A DNA stretch of 64,000 nucleotides from Paragordius varius (taxonomy: Eukaryota > Animalia > Nematomorpha): the NCBI GenBank assembly GCA_964247055.1, contig OZ176050.1, positions 14,198,001 through 14,262,000 on the forward strand, given 5' to 3'. The position numbers and the translations under genes are program-made. Positions within the stretch are counted from its first letter, which is position 1; each line of letters begins with the position of its first letter. The notes under the pieces were generated by a model, which was not told the origin of the DNA, did no database searches, and was given only the letters and a program-made list of their open reading frames with translations. Of this stretch, positions 26,201 through 38,331 are shown piece after piece.

Positions 26201-26995
26201 ACAAACACAATAAATTCTATATTTTATAATTGCTATAGAGCCTAATAGGAAATATTAAGGTTTAAAAAGTATGGGGTTGTCTTTTAGATAACAATAATTG
26301 CCTCTTTATATTTTTACGTTTTGTCCGTATAATTTGAACTGTATCCCTTTCTTTTATGAAAGTTTTATTTTTACGGTAAAAGTTAAAAATATACAGACAC
26401 AACGAAAAACATAAACACAATTATATTTTATAGACCATTGATTTTCCTCTATAATTTATGTAATCTATAGCTAGAAGGTATTTAATAAAAGCCTTTACAA
26501 TATATCAAGAGTTATTTGGCCTTTTCAAAAGGTATCTGAAGCTATAAAACCTTGTTTCCCTAATCAATTATTTATTAAAAATGCCAAATTAAAGCATATC
26601 AATTTCGCACCCTTTTTATTACATGATGCGTATAAACACTATACTAAAAAGGTGTTTCTCAATTTATTGGATTGGTTGTTTTTGCTGTGCACGGGGATCG
26701 CAGGGACTGGTTGGTAGATTTGCAATGGGCAAATTATGGTTGGTCCTTTTACACCGCTTGGTTAGGTGTGGTGGGCGTCGGGTTAGCCGGTTATTTTTAC
26801 ATGAGGGAAGCGGTAGAAGTTAGCGGACGTCGAACTAAAGAACTTTTTCAGAAAGATAATTTGGGTGCTGCATTCACCATAGAAACAGGGGACAAAGGGC
26901 CTTTAGGCCCTTCGGGAAAAATTCCGTACATGTCTAATGCCTATAACAGCTCTTATGGACCACACATTAGCAAAAAATCTCACCATAAAACATAG
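23211..26995 (+). CDS. Invertebrate claudin-like tetraspan protein (kune-kune/pickel/sinuous type), isoform A, 277 aa
   Basis: Exons 23211-23480, 24538-24604, 25898-26050 and 26652-26995 have consistent phases 0, 1, 1. Motifs FASPNW...NLGLWEVCF...GCWWVF (W-GLW-C-C claudin signature), four hydrophobic segments and DRRDW...GWSF. The orthologue cannot be named from sequence alone. Confidence 0.88.
23515..23792. mobile_element. TA-flanked MITE of the CAGTAAAAATTGAAAT family in claudin intron 1
   Basis: Inverted arms of about 90 bp with TA flanks. Further copies lie near 26078-26341, 28430-28700 and 48075-48353. Confidence 0.75.
24064..24448. mobile_element. hAT-type MITE (385 bp) in claudin intron 1
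   Basis: TIRs CAGAGGCGTACC and GGTACGCCACTG; exact 8-bp TSD CATTAATA at 24056-24063 and 24449-24456; GC-rich GCCCCGGGCGCC subtermini. Confidence 0.9.
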
Positions 26996-27415
26996 AAATT
27001 TGATGATACCAATCAAAGATCCATAAAATATTTAATGCTTAAAAAGAAAATTTTTCTATATATATACTTCTATTAAATGTGGTATAAATCACATTAATAT
27101 CCTTCAAAACACAAACGCGCATGATCTATCACCAGTCCCTGAAATTCCGTTTACAATACTCTGCCAAAATCTAAGCATTTATTTTTGTTACCTATTTATT
27201 GTGATAAAATTTTGTCTGTGATTCAAGCAAATTCATGACAATCCGCGTTTTGGAAAATTTCATATATAATCTTAATGCAGATAATTTCCCTTTAACTTAC
27301 ATTATGTAAACACAATACTATATTTAACCACTTAATTAAACTTCTTTCCTTAAAATATACATATATATACATATATATATCCGATGAGGTTAAGAAACGT
27401 TTTTTTTCACACTAG

Positions 27416-27819
27416 TTTTTTTCCATTTCATGGGACTGGTGATATTTGCCTTCAAAGCTAAAGATTCGGATTGGATGCCGCATTGGAAATGGAACTATTT
27501 ATCGTGGTCTTTTGCCGCGGGGATTATCGGTGCCTTGTTTCAATTAGCTTGTGCCATTCTGTATTTGGTGGATTGCTCGGGTCGCAAACGTTATGTCTTA
27601 GGGCATGGCGGTAGAAGTAAGCGCAATGAAAATATTCAATTCAATTTCGGGGCTGGTCGACAACACAATATCACCAATAATAATATGCCACCTAGACCAC
27701 TTGCGACCCATATATCTTCCTCCTTAACTCATCATCAACACGTAAATCAAAATGTGCAAAATCCTGGAAATAATATGCCTTACCATAATACAAATAATTA
27801 CCAAGGCCGTGGAGTTTAA
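27416..27819 (+). CDS. Second, paralogous terminal exon of the same claudin gene (isoform B, 297 aa)
   Basis: Acceptor TTTTTTTCACACTAG ends at 27415. A phase-1 join to exon 3 gives LS-FFFHFMGLVIFAFKAKDSDWMPHWKWNYLSWSFAAGIIG, which aligns gap-free with exon 4A LS-CVSQFIGLVVFAVHGDRRDWLVDLQWANYGWSFYTAWLG. No separate upstream exons were seen between 26995 and 27416. Confidence 0.78.
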
Positions 27820-29376
27820 TTTATATATGTGGAAATTGCCCCTATTATTACTTTTTTTATTGAGATTTGATAATTGTCTCTATTGCTTTTTAATATATTG
27901 AATACCGACTGCCCGATATACATATGATATTTAATACTTTAAAGAATATACCTTTATTATATCTTGGCAGATTTTTTAATGAAAATCTTGTAATTTTTTA
28001 TATTCTCCCCCTCCAACTCAAGCATTTTATTACACAATACGAACCAAACGAATCGAGAATAACTTTATATATATAAATATTCTGACCTAAAATTTGGGCA
28101 TTTATATAATTTTAAACACAGTCCCTAACCATTTTTCATAATATATTTTGATAATTTTATTTTCAATTTTGATACTACAAAAGGCATTCATTATTTTTAT
28201 TTTTTAAATGTTTTGTTCAGTCATAATTTTTTTGAAATGGTTTACAGCATACTTCTCCAACACATTCCAAACAACATTCTCGATGTAAATATTTTTATTT
28301 AAATAAATATTTATATAAATTTAATTAGAATTTTATAAGTATACATTTTTTAACCTATTTGACAATAAATTATCACATTTTTTTATAACTTTGTAGTTTC
28401 TAGCTAAAGTACAGTGGTATACCTCCCTTACAAAATATTAAAATTATACGGACAAATGTAAAAATATAAAGAAAAAAGTTTTCATTAAAAAACAACCATA
28501 CCATTTCAAACTTGAAATTATTTTAAATATAACTCATTGTTTTTAACTCAAGTGTAAAATTGAATATATATTGGTAACACAGTCAATTACATGTTTTGAG
28601 ATTGTAGATAAACTAAGGATTGAAAAAGTATGATTGTCTTTTAGAAATAATTTTGTCTTTATATTTTTATATTTTGTCCGTATAATTTCAATTTTTACTG
28701 TATTGAATTGATCGTTGGAAAAAATAAACATAATAAACAAAAAAAGCCGGTTAAAAATAATTAAATAAATACATACATACAAAATTTATGGTTATATCCA
28801 AACTTGAAGGAGCCACTTGAAGTGTTAAAGGACTAATTTAAAATGTTCAAGGAGCAACTCTTGAAGTGCAAATGGTATATATGTGGTTCGTTTTAGAATT
28901 ATATATTAAACAATTTTAAATTATAGGAGCCAGTTAATATAAATAATTCAATTTAAATATATGCGTTATTTGCCGAAACAGTAGAAGGGGACTTGAACTA
29001 TCTATTCAACACCGCCTATTTCCTAATTCCAAATGGCTTAAAAATTGTATAATGAAAAACTAAACCATGAAAATTTTCGACGTCTAATTATTTTTCGACG
29101 CTTAAATAATGTTTCAAACTGGCATAGGTTAAATTGTATGGATTATTCTGATTGTGAAAGCAAATTGAACAATCTAATCTTTTTCGGTTTCATTTTTTCG
29201 TTTATTCTTTCTGAGTCAAGCTACTTTTTAGAATTTTAAGTGCCTATTAAACAAAATTTGTATTCTTAAAAAAAGCATTAATTTGTGATATTTATTTTGG
29301 TTTGACCTAATGGGATGACATTTCCATGTTAATAATAAAAAAAAAATTAAAAAAAATTTATTTTGTTGCTTATGGC

Positions 29377-29455
29377 TAAGGTGACCAGACGTCCCGCTTT
29401 TTCACACTTTGTCCCGCGTCCCGCTACGTTTTTAATATGTCCCGCTTTTTCACGA
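29377..29455 (+). mobile_element. Left end of a hAT (Blackjack-like) element
   Basis: TAAGGTGACCAGACGTCCC followed by repeated GTCCCGC subterminal motifs, resembling the TAGGGTGACCA type of TIR. The matching right TIR was not found. Confidence 0.55.
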
Positions 29456-30737
29456 TTATATAACAAAATTTTTTTTTATACAAATATTTTTTTTTTCCGT
29501 TTAAATTTTTTATCATTAAATATTAAAATCTATATAAGTTTTAAATTAAAATTTTTTATTTTTAAATTAATATTTATTTTTTTCGAATTTATATCATACT
29601 AGCGTGAATCTCGTGCTGCTACGCAGCCCGAGGAAGTCCTTCGGACTTCTGGGGGAGGGGGGGGTCGAAGTTTGGATTTGAATGGGTCTCTCGGTTTTCC
29701 GGAAACAGATCCCAAAGTTACTTGAGAAATCAGTTTTTAGCGGGTAGCTCCTTATCCAGCAGCTATCATCAAAGAAACGCCTGACTAAAATTTTTGCCTT
29801 TTAACAGGGAATACGTGGAATCCATATTGAATTTTTACGGTCTCATAAGGGCGAAAAATAGATTTAAAAAATTATTTTTGTGGACTTTGTTTTTTGAAAA
29901 AAATGGCATTTTACGGGGGGAGAGGGTAAAAAGAGGGCCTAAATAAAAAAAGTGACTCGACTATGTTCGGCGCAATCGAAAATAAGTAAACAAAAATCAT
30001 ATTTGAAATAGAATGGACCAACACGTTCTCCATAAAATTGTCTCAAAGACACGATTTTTGTGGACTTGTGTTTTCAAAAAAAAACCGTTTTTCACACGGG
30101 GTGGGCCCGAACTGGGGGCCTGTTTCAAAAAAAGGGCGAAGCTATTGTCGGGCTATTCATTAATGATTATATTTTTTCGAAGTTTGGATTTGAATGGGTC
30201 TACCGGTTTTCCTGTACCAGATGACAAAGTTACATGAGGAATCAGTTTTTAGCGGGTAGCTCCTTACCCAGCAGCTATCATCAAAGAAACGCCTGACTAA
30301 ATTTTTTGCCTTTTAACAGGCAATACGAAAAAACCTTCTCGAATTTTTACAGTCTCATACCTTGGGCAAAAAAATACAATCAAAAAATTATTTTTGTGGA
30401 CTTTGTTTTTTTTTGAAAAAAATAGCATTTTACGGGGGTAGCGGGTAAAAAGAGGGCCAAAATCAAAACAGTGAGTCGACTATGTTCGGTGCAATCGAAA
30501 ATAAGTAAACAAAAATTATATTTGAAATTGAATGGTCCAACACGTTCTCCAGAAAATTGACTTAACCCATTTTTCACACGGGGTAGGCCCAAACTGGGGA
30601 CCTAATTCCAAAAAAGGGCGAAGCTATTGTCGGGGCATTCATTAATGATTAAAATTTTTCGATGTTTGGATTTGAATGGGTTCACCGGTTTTCCGGTAAC
30701 AGATCACAAAGTTACATGAGAAATCAGTTTTTAGCGG

Positions 30738-30844
30738 TGATATGTAGTGGATACTACAACGTTGCATCATTATATTTTCTTACATCATATTTTTATAGTA
30801 ATCGCATCTGGCGTTTATGTTTGTGCGTCATTATTCGTGGAATT

Positions 30845-30877
<33 letters not shown>

Positions 30878-31024
30878 GTAGAATAAATGACATATTTTTA
30901 CAATTGTGACGCACATGCATGTTAAAATTATCATTAATTAAAAAGTATAAATATATCGAAATTCTTAATAAATTATTATTGTTTTGTATTTTCATCACCG
31001 ATTCGTAATATTCGATACGTAATA
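30738..31024 (+). repeat. 5' LTR (287 bp)
   Basis: TGATATGTAGTGG...GATACGTAATA. It differs from the 3' LTR by 4 substitutions that I counted, and by (TA)14 versus (TA)5. Confidence 0.95.
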
Positions 31025-31027
31025 TTC

Positions 31028-31039
31028 TGGCGACGAAGA
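31028..31039 (+). promoter_or_regulatory. Primer-binding site, probably for tRNA-Ser(GCT)
   Basis: TGGCGACGAAGA starts 4 nt after the 5' LTR and is complementary to a tRNA 3' end of the ...UCGUCGCCA type, recalled for tRNA-Ser(GCT). Confidence 0.7.
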
Positions 31040-31041
31040 CG

Positions 31042-34000
31042 ATGGATAAAATTTCAATCGAAGGATACGATGACAAATATGATTTTGCCACTTATATCAG
31101 ATATGTCAAAAGAGTTATGATCTCCAAAAATGTTGATATTAATGATGATAATATCAAAGTACTGTTTTTGGCTGGAGCTGGTTTTAAAACAATTAATAAG
31201 ATCGAAACAATGATTTTTCCGGAATCAATTGATGATGCTCCTTGGTCCAAAATTCATGACATTGGTCTTAAACTTTTCTCACCTGCCAAGTCTGTCTTCG
31301 CTGCAAGGTTGAGTTTGCTCGTTTGCGGAGAAATGATGGAGAAACATTCACGGAATTTTTGCAAAGAGTCAAGAGTGTGGCGGAAAAGGCTAAATTTCAA
31401 ACAGATGTGGAGGAGAGAATTAGAGACAGTTTGGCTGGATTAAACTTGCAATCATTGGAAGTGGATCTTTATTCACGATTCCCCGATGCGAAGTGTGATG
31501 GGAAGGCGGTGTCATTAACCACCATTGTCGACATGGCCTTGGCTCAGGAACTTGCAAGGGCCGATATTGCCTCCCATGTGTCGTCAAGCAGTATCCTTAA
31601 AATTCAAAAGAATCGGTCGAATGATAATAATAATAATAATCATAAGAATAATAATATGGAATATAAAAAAAATGATGATGGCAATAATAATAAATGGAAG
31701 CGGAGATGTAGCAAATGTGGTAAATCGCATATACCAAAACAATGTCCCGCGTTCGGAAAAATATGCCACAATTGTAATAAAAAAAATCATTTTCAGGCAA
31801 TGTGTCGCCATAAGAAACGATATAGTGATAATATAAACGCTAATTATAATAAATGGGGCACACAAGCGAACATTTGCGCTATGATTAATGGACAAGCTGT
31901 CGTATGGTTTTTGATACTGGAGCTGCTGCTTCTTTGATTAATAAAAATGTTTGGAAGACGGTGGGAGCACCGTTACTAAAAAGTGCTCCCAGATTAACTT
32001 CCTACGGAAACAACCCAATCAAACTCTTGGGAAAAACAGTTGTCAATGTAACAATGGGAAATATTACGAAGAAATTAGAATGTTTTGTGACGGAAGAAGA
32101 GCTATCTCCTATATTTGGGCTGCCGTGGATCATTGGTTGTGGCATGACCTTACCGGATAACGTGAGTGTTAATCAAATAACATCGAATAATAATAATGGT
32201 CATGACAATGTATTCAAGCGATTTCCAAAACTCTCTAACGGGAAATTGGGTTGTTACAACGGTGATCCTGTCAAATTGTATGTCCGATCAGATGCAATAC
32301 CAAAAGTCTGCGCTGCACGGCGAATACCATTGGCACTACAGAGTAAAGTAGAGATGGAAATACAGAGACTGATAGACCTGGGAATAGTGAGTCCCGTAGA
32401 TCCAACACAACACCATGTGGAATGGGCGACTCCTACGGTTAACGTCGTAAAAACTAATAGGGAAATTAGGGTGTGCGCTGATTTCCGGGTAACTATCAAT
32501 TCTTTGATGGAGAACATATCTCAGATTATCCCAACATTTGACACGATCGCATCTAAATGTGCGGGATCCACATGGTTCTCGTCCATTGATTTAAAGGACG
32601 CATACCTTCAAATTCCGGTGGATGTGGAAAGTAAAAAATATTTAGTTATTACTACCCCGATGGGATATTTCCAATTTAATCGCCTACCATTTGGATTGAA
32701 AGTTTCTCCCATGCTTTTCCAGAGAATAATGGATGAGGTACTCAAAGATTGCAGGGGCACAATGGCTTATCTCGACGATGTTTTGATTGTTGGTAAAACG
32801 AAAGAGGAACACGATAGAAATCTGAGCGAGACCTTAGCAAAGTTACAAAAATGCGGGTTTACACTAAGAAAAGATAAATTAAAACTGTATCAGAAGAATA
32901 TAAAATTTTTGGGGTTTGAGTTATCAAAACAGGGAATCCGCCCTGTACAAGATAAGCTCGACGCCATTGCTAAATGTGCAACACTCACGAATAAAACTGA
33001 GTTAAGATCATTTTTGGGATTGCTCAATTTTTTTGAACGTTTTATTCCTGGTTTACATGTCAAAGTTAGTAATCTACATGCACTAACAGGATCCAAAAAG
33101 GAATGGAGATGGTCACAAGAACATCAAAATGAATTCAAGCAAGCAAAAAACTTAATATCAAGAGAATCTTTACTTGCCACTTATAACATAAATAATAAAA
33201 CAATAATACAAGTGGATGCGTCTACAAAAGGCTTTGGAGCTGTACTTCTTTAAATGGAAAATAAGAGAATGGTACCAATTGCATTCTCATCAAGAAAATG
33301 CCAGAATGCAGAGAAAAATTATTCTGTGATTGAATTGGAAACCAAGGCTTTGTTATTTGGTTTAGAAAAATTCCATTATAATATTTATGGACAGAAATGT
33401 GAGATTTGGTCAGATCATAAGCCGTTGGTTCATTTATTCGGAAACAATCGGAAGTTAAGTGATATTAAAAACTGTAAATTGTTAAGATGGATCTACAAGG
33501 CCGCCGCGTATGATTTTGATATGAAATATATTGCGGGATCGACAAACATGGCCGATGTGTTTTCAAGACTTCCCGAAAAGAGTCAGACATCCGTAGACAA
33601 TGATGATGAATATGTGGCCGAAAAAATCCGACAAATCGCATTCGTGGATTTAGATTTAAATAAAACGCAAATAAAAAAAGATTGTTTGGAGGATAACTGT
33701 TAAAACGACTACGTATGGCACTTAAAAATAATGATTGGTCAACACCGGAATTATCCGCATTCGAACCCGTTAGAAATGATCTCAAACAAGCCGATGGTTT
33801 CGTATATGTTGGTGATCGGTTGGTTATCCCAACAGCTGCACGAAGACGAATTTTGGCTTGGTTTCATGTTGGACATCCGGGTATCGTTGCTATGAAAAAC
33901 ACAGCCAGGTCGGTGGTGTTTTGGCCCGGAATGGATAAGGATATTGAAAAGTTAGTACACGACTGTCAGTGTTGTCAGGGGAACAGGGCGAACGTTGCTG

Positions 34001-34799
34001 AGAATCCGGTATATAAATGGAACTTCAATGTGGGAATATTGGAAAGACTCCATGTGGACATCGCGGGTCCCATGTGTGGTAAATATTGGTTGGTTTTAAT
34101 TGACGCGTTCTCAAGATGGGTGGAGGTGGAGATACTTAGCAGTATTACATCTGATGTGATTTTGAAACAATTGGAGAAATGGTTTTCCTCTTATGGTTTT
34201 CCAAGAATGCTAGTATCTGATAATGCTACTTATTTCAAATCGTTCAATTTTCGGGATAAGATGACAAACTGGAACATTAAGCATGTGACGTCGGCTCCCT
34301 ACACCCAAGGACAAATGGTTTGGTAGAAAGAGTAATTTATACGTTGAAGTCGAGATTCCATTCCACGATGATGCCTAGCGTGAAGAGTCAGGAGGCTTTA
34401 AATAATGTTTTATTGGCCTATCGTAATTCATGGAATAACGAGATTAAGACGACCCCCGCATCGTTGTTTTTGAAGAGAAACATCAACACACCGTTGAATT
34501 GGTTGCAAGATAAAGAAACGCCTAAAGAAAGTACACCACCGAGACCCTTAAGAGAATTCACACCGGATCAGTCAATATTTATAAAGAACGAGACATCAAG
34601 AGGATGGCGACCGGGTACGGTGGAAGTAAGGACGGGGCCGTTATCCTATGAAGTAAAGGATGAAGATGGAAAAGAGATGCGAAAACATGCCGATCAACTG
34701 AGATCGGATGTTGAGCAGAGGGAGGCCCCCAGACGGTATCCAGACCGAGTCCGAAAACCTCCGAAGCGTTTTGTAGAGGAGGAAGAGAATGATATGTAG
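31042..34799 (+). pseudogene. gag-pol of the Gypsy element, broken into 6 ORF pieces
   Basis: Zinc knuckles CSKCGKSH...C and CHNCNKKNH...C, protease FDTGA, RT YLDD, RNase H DASTKG...ELE...DHKPL, integrase GHPG...CQCC and HVDIAGP...SDNA. Frameshifts near 31325, 31905 and 34320; stops at 33253 and 33703. Confidence 0.93.
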
Positions 34800-35058
34800 T
34801 GGATACTACAACGTTGCATCATTATATTTTCTTACATCATATTTTTATAGTAATCGCATCTGGCGTTTATGTTTGTACGTCATTATTCGTGGAATTCTTA
34901 TATATATATTCGTAGAATAAAAGACATATTCTTACAATTGTGACGCACATGCATGTTAAAATTATCATTAATTAAAAAGTATAAATATATCGAAATTCCT
35001 AATAAATTATTATTGTTTTGTATTTTCATCACCGATTCGTAATATTCGATACGTAATA
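34790..35058 (+). repeat. 3' LTR (269 bp), preceded by a polypurine tract at 34775-34789
   Basis: Direct repeat of 30738-31024, immediately after AGAGGAGGAAGAGAA. Confidence 0.95.
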
Positions 35059-35620
35059 AGCGGGTAGCTCCTTACCCAGCAGCTATCATCATAAGAAATG
35101 CCTGACTGAAATTTTTGCCTTTTAACAGGGAATACGTGGAATCCATATTGAATTTTTACGGTCTCATACCTAGGGCGAAAAATAGATTTAAAAAATTATT
35201 TTTGAGGACTTTGTTTTTAGAAAAAAATGGCATTTTACGGGGGTAGGGGGTAAAAAGAGGGCCTAAATCAAAAAAGTGACTCGACTATGTTCGGCGCAAT
35301 CGAAAATAAGTATACAAAAATCATATTTGAAATAGAATGGACCAACACGTTCTCCAGAAAATTGTCTCAAAGACACGATTTTTGTGGACTTGTGTTTTCA
35401 AAAAAACCCGTTTTTCACACAGGGTGGCCCCGAACTAAGGGCCTATTTCAAAAAAAGGGCGAAGCTATTGTCGGGGCATTCATTAATGATTATATTTTTT
35501 CGAAGTTTGGATTTGAATGGGTCTACCGGTTTTCCTGTACCAGATCACAAAGCCAGCATTTTCCATTTTTATAAATATATAGATGATTATACACTTTCTT
35601 CCTAATACTACTGTCATCAT

Positions 35621-35855
35621 TATCAAAAAGCCAAGTTAATACCACAAATCTCTGGATTAAAAGATAAATTGTTACAACAAATCGGTACCTTACACGTTTA
35701 TTCCAGAAAATTAAGGTAATATAATATATATTATACTAATATTTTAGTTTTATTACTTGCCAACATTATAAAAAAGCCAAATTAATCGGTAGAAAAGACA
35801 AATTGATACTACAAATCGGTACCTTAAACGTTTATTCCAGAAAATTAAGGTAATA
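35621..35855 (+). repeat. Local direct duplication of about 100 bp upstream of the hAT transposase
   Basis: ACAAATCGGTACCTTA(C/A)ACGTTTATTCCAGAAAATTAAGGTAATAT occurs twice, about 140 bp apart, each preceded by AAAAAGCCAA(G/A)TTAAT. Confidence 0.7.
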
Positions 35856-35879
35856 TTAATTATATTAATAGTAGTTTAT

Positions 35880-37730
35880 AAATAGGAGCACAAAAAGAGA
35901 TTGGAAATTTAACGATGAATTTATGAAAGGTTTTCCTTTTATCGAAAAAACGAAGAATGAATCATCTGTTAAATGTCTTATATGCGAAGGGGGAATTTAC
36001 CCTACCAAATGGCGGCAAGCATGATATTACAAAGCATATGGAAACACAGAAACATAAAAAATATTTAGATATGGCGGCATCATCTTACAAAATGAGATTT
36101 TTTTTCGAAAAACCGCTTTTGGAGAGGAGAAAAGAATTTGGCACTAGCTGAGGGCGTGTTATCTTTTCACGCTGTTAATCACAATCATTCCTTTAGATCT
36201 ATGGACTGTACCTCACAGGTTATTCGCACGTCATAAAAAATTTACATGTGCCCGCACAAAGGCTGAAGCCATTGTGTGCAATGTCCTTTCGCCACATGCA
36301 TTTTCTGAAATATAAAAAGATTTGTTGAAAATTAATTTCTTATCCCTATACTCTGATGCCTCTAATCCATGAAACAAAATTATTTCCCACTTTAATAAGA
36401 TATTTTGATTCAGAAACCGGAGTAAAAATTAAAATTTTAGATTTAATTTCACATGGTGAAAATTCCGAAATAATATTTACTTCAATAATGCATTTTCTAG
36501 AAAAAAATAATTTAAAAGACAAAATTATCGCATATTGCGCTCACAACACCAATACGAACTTCGGTGGAAAAGCAAGGATGGGAACGAATAATATTCATAA
36601 ATTAGCAGATAATCTTAATCAAAACATTATTGGCGTTGGGTGTGCAGCGCATATAATACACAACACTATTAAAACAGCTGCTGATTTGTTACCCCTAGAT
36701 GTGGAAAATGTAGTTGTTAAAACATATTCATTTATTTATGTACACGTTACGCGTTGAAACGCTTAAGGAATTCTGTAAAAATGCAGAAGTTAAATATCAA
36801 AAAATGCTTGGATATTATAAAACTCGTTGGTTAGCTCTTCTGCCAGCTATCGAAAGAATTTTAAAAATGTAAGACCCTTTAAAATCCTATTTTTTATTAC
36901 ATGACAAATGTCCTACAACTTTGGAAAAGTTTTTTGAAAGTGATTCTTCGAAAATATGGTTAGAGTTCCTATATAATCAAGCTTCTCTCCTTCAAAATGT
37001 TATTATATTGATAGAAGGTGACAAAATTTCGGCAATCGAAGTAGCCAATGAAGTTAATAACCTAAAATTCCAATGTCAAGAACGGTTAGAAAATAATTTT
37101 ATACCATTAACCATCCGCAATATGATAAATAATTTAGAAAAACAAGGCTTAATAAATCGCTAAGATATCCTGTACCATATAAAAATGTTTTATACAAACT
37201 GTAAAGATTATTTGGAAGACTGGACGACGCAATTCAGTGAAATTGATCATTTTCATTGGATAATATTAAAATCAATTGGTGCGATGTTCAAAAATCATTT
37301 ATTATATCTGCTCCCAAAAATTCTCAAAAAATAATCTTTCAGAAAATGAACTTTTTTCTGAAGTATCATTAGTTAAAAGATGTATTAATAATGAAAAACT
37401 TAAATTATGGACAAAAGAAACATATACAGTAGAAAATAAATGGTTGGAAATATTTCATCATTATGAAGCCAACTATATCATATACAATAATATTTTAAAA
37501 ATTGTGGAATTCCCACTATGTTTACCTAGAACCGACGCTCCTACTGAGCACGTTTTTTCCACAGTAAATCAGGTGTGGACATCGGAAAAATCAATTTTAA
37601 ATGTTGAAACTTTAAAGGCCGTTTTATCTGTCAAATATAATTTGACAAATTCTTATGAAGACTTTTACAATATTTTATGATGACAATCTGCTAAAACGCA
37701 TTCACTCAAACAAAAAATATACCAAAGAAT
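35880..37730 (+). pseudogene. Decayed hAT transposase
   Basis: Fragments SVKCLICE...KHDITKHMETQKHKK (zinc finger-like), SDASN, LIRYFD, NTNTNFGG, GCAAHIIHN, TRWLALLPAIERIL and EHVFS...SEKSILNVETLKAVLSVKYN (dimerisation) across ORFs 35957, 36356, 36921 and 37276. Multiple frameshifts and stops. Confidence 0.85.
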
Positions 37731-38331
37731 AAAATATTTTCTTATATTTATAAAGTTTTTATGTTAAAAAATAGACAAAATTACTTAAAATATTGTATAA
37801 GTCTTCATAATTTGTCAAATTATATTTGAACAGATAAAATGACTTTTATTTAACATTTAAATTTGATTCCGTGTCCTTACTTAATTTACTGTGAAAAAAC
37901 GCAATAGCAGTGGTTCAGGTAAAGATAATGCAAATTCTACAATTATATTATTTTATGGAACATAATTTGTTTAAAAATGATTATTTTAACCATTTCTATC
38001 CTACGTATTTTTTTCTGTTGTCCATAATATAAGTTTTCATTCAATATATTTATTTAATAATGAGACTTCATAAAAAAGTGTCATTGTGCACCGTCTTGTC
38101 TTCCAAATAATCGTTTCTGTTTGTATAAAACATTTTTATATTCTGGCTATTCATTGAGCCTTGTTTTTCTGGATGCTTTATAATATTGCGATTAAGTAAT
38201 GGTAGAAAATTACAAAATTTTGACATCAAAAAGTTTTCGAAAAAATGAATATTTTCTAAAAAGATTTTATGCAAAATTCGGTGAAGCGAGTTTTATGGTG
38301 TTTGCATAGTTCAAACGAAAACACTGTAAGA

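Larger units (their letters stand above)
30738..35058 (+). mobile_element. Full-length Ty3/Gypsy LTR retrotransposon (Mag-like), coding region disabled
   Basis: Two LTRs, 5-bp TSD AGCGG (30733-30737 and 35059-35063), PBS, PPT, and the domain order gag-PR-RT-RH-IN. Confidence 0.95.
29598..35584 (+). mobile_element. Helitron-like copy with three tandem units of about 0.5 kb, interrupted by a Gypsy element
   Basis: 5' ACTAGCGTGAATCTCGTGCTGCTACGCAGCCC at 29598. Units 29722-30233, 30234-30715 and 30716-30737 plus 35059-35584. The 3' end is CATTTTCCATTTTTATAAATATATAGAT. Confidence 0.75.

Noticed and set aside
31525-33785. Overlapping and antisense ORFs within the Gypsy element (31525, 31584, 31597, 31951, 32254, 32890, 33465)
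   Set aside because: They are alternative-frame shadows of gag-pol. The Ile- and Tyr-rich runs come from the AAT repeats encoding poly-Asn.
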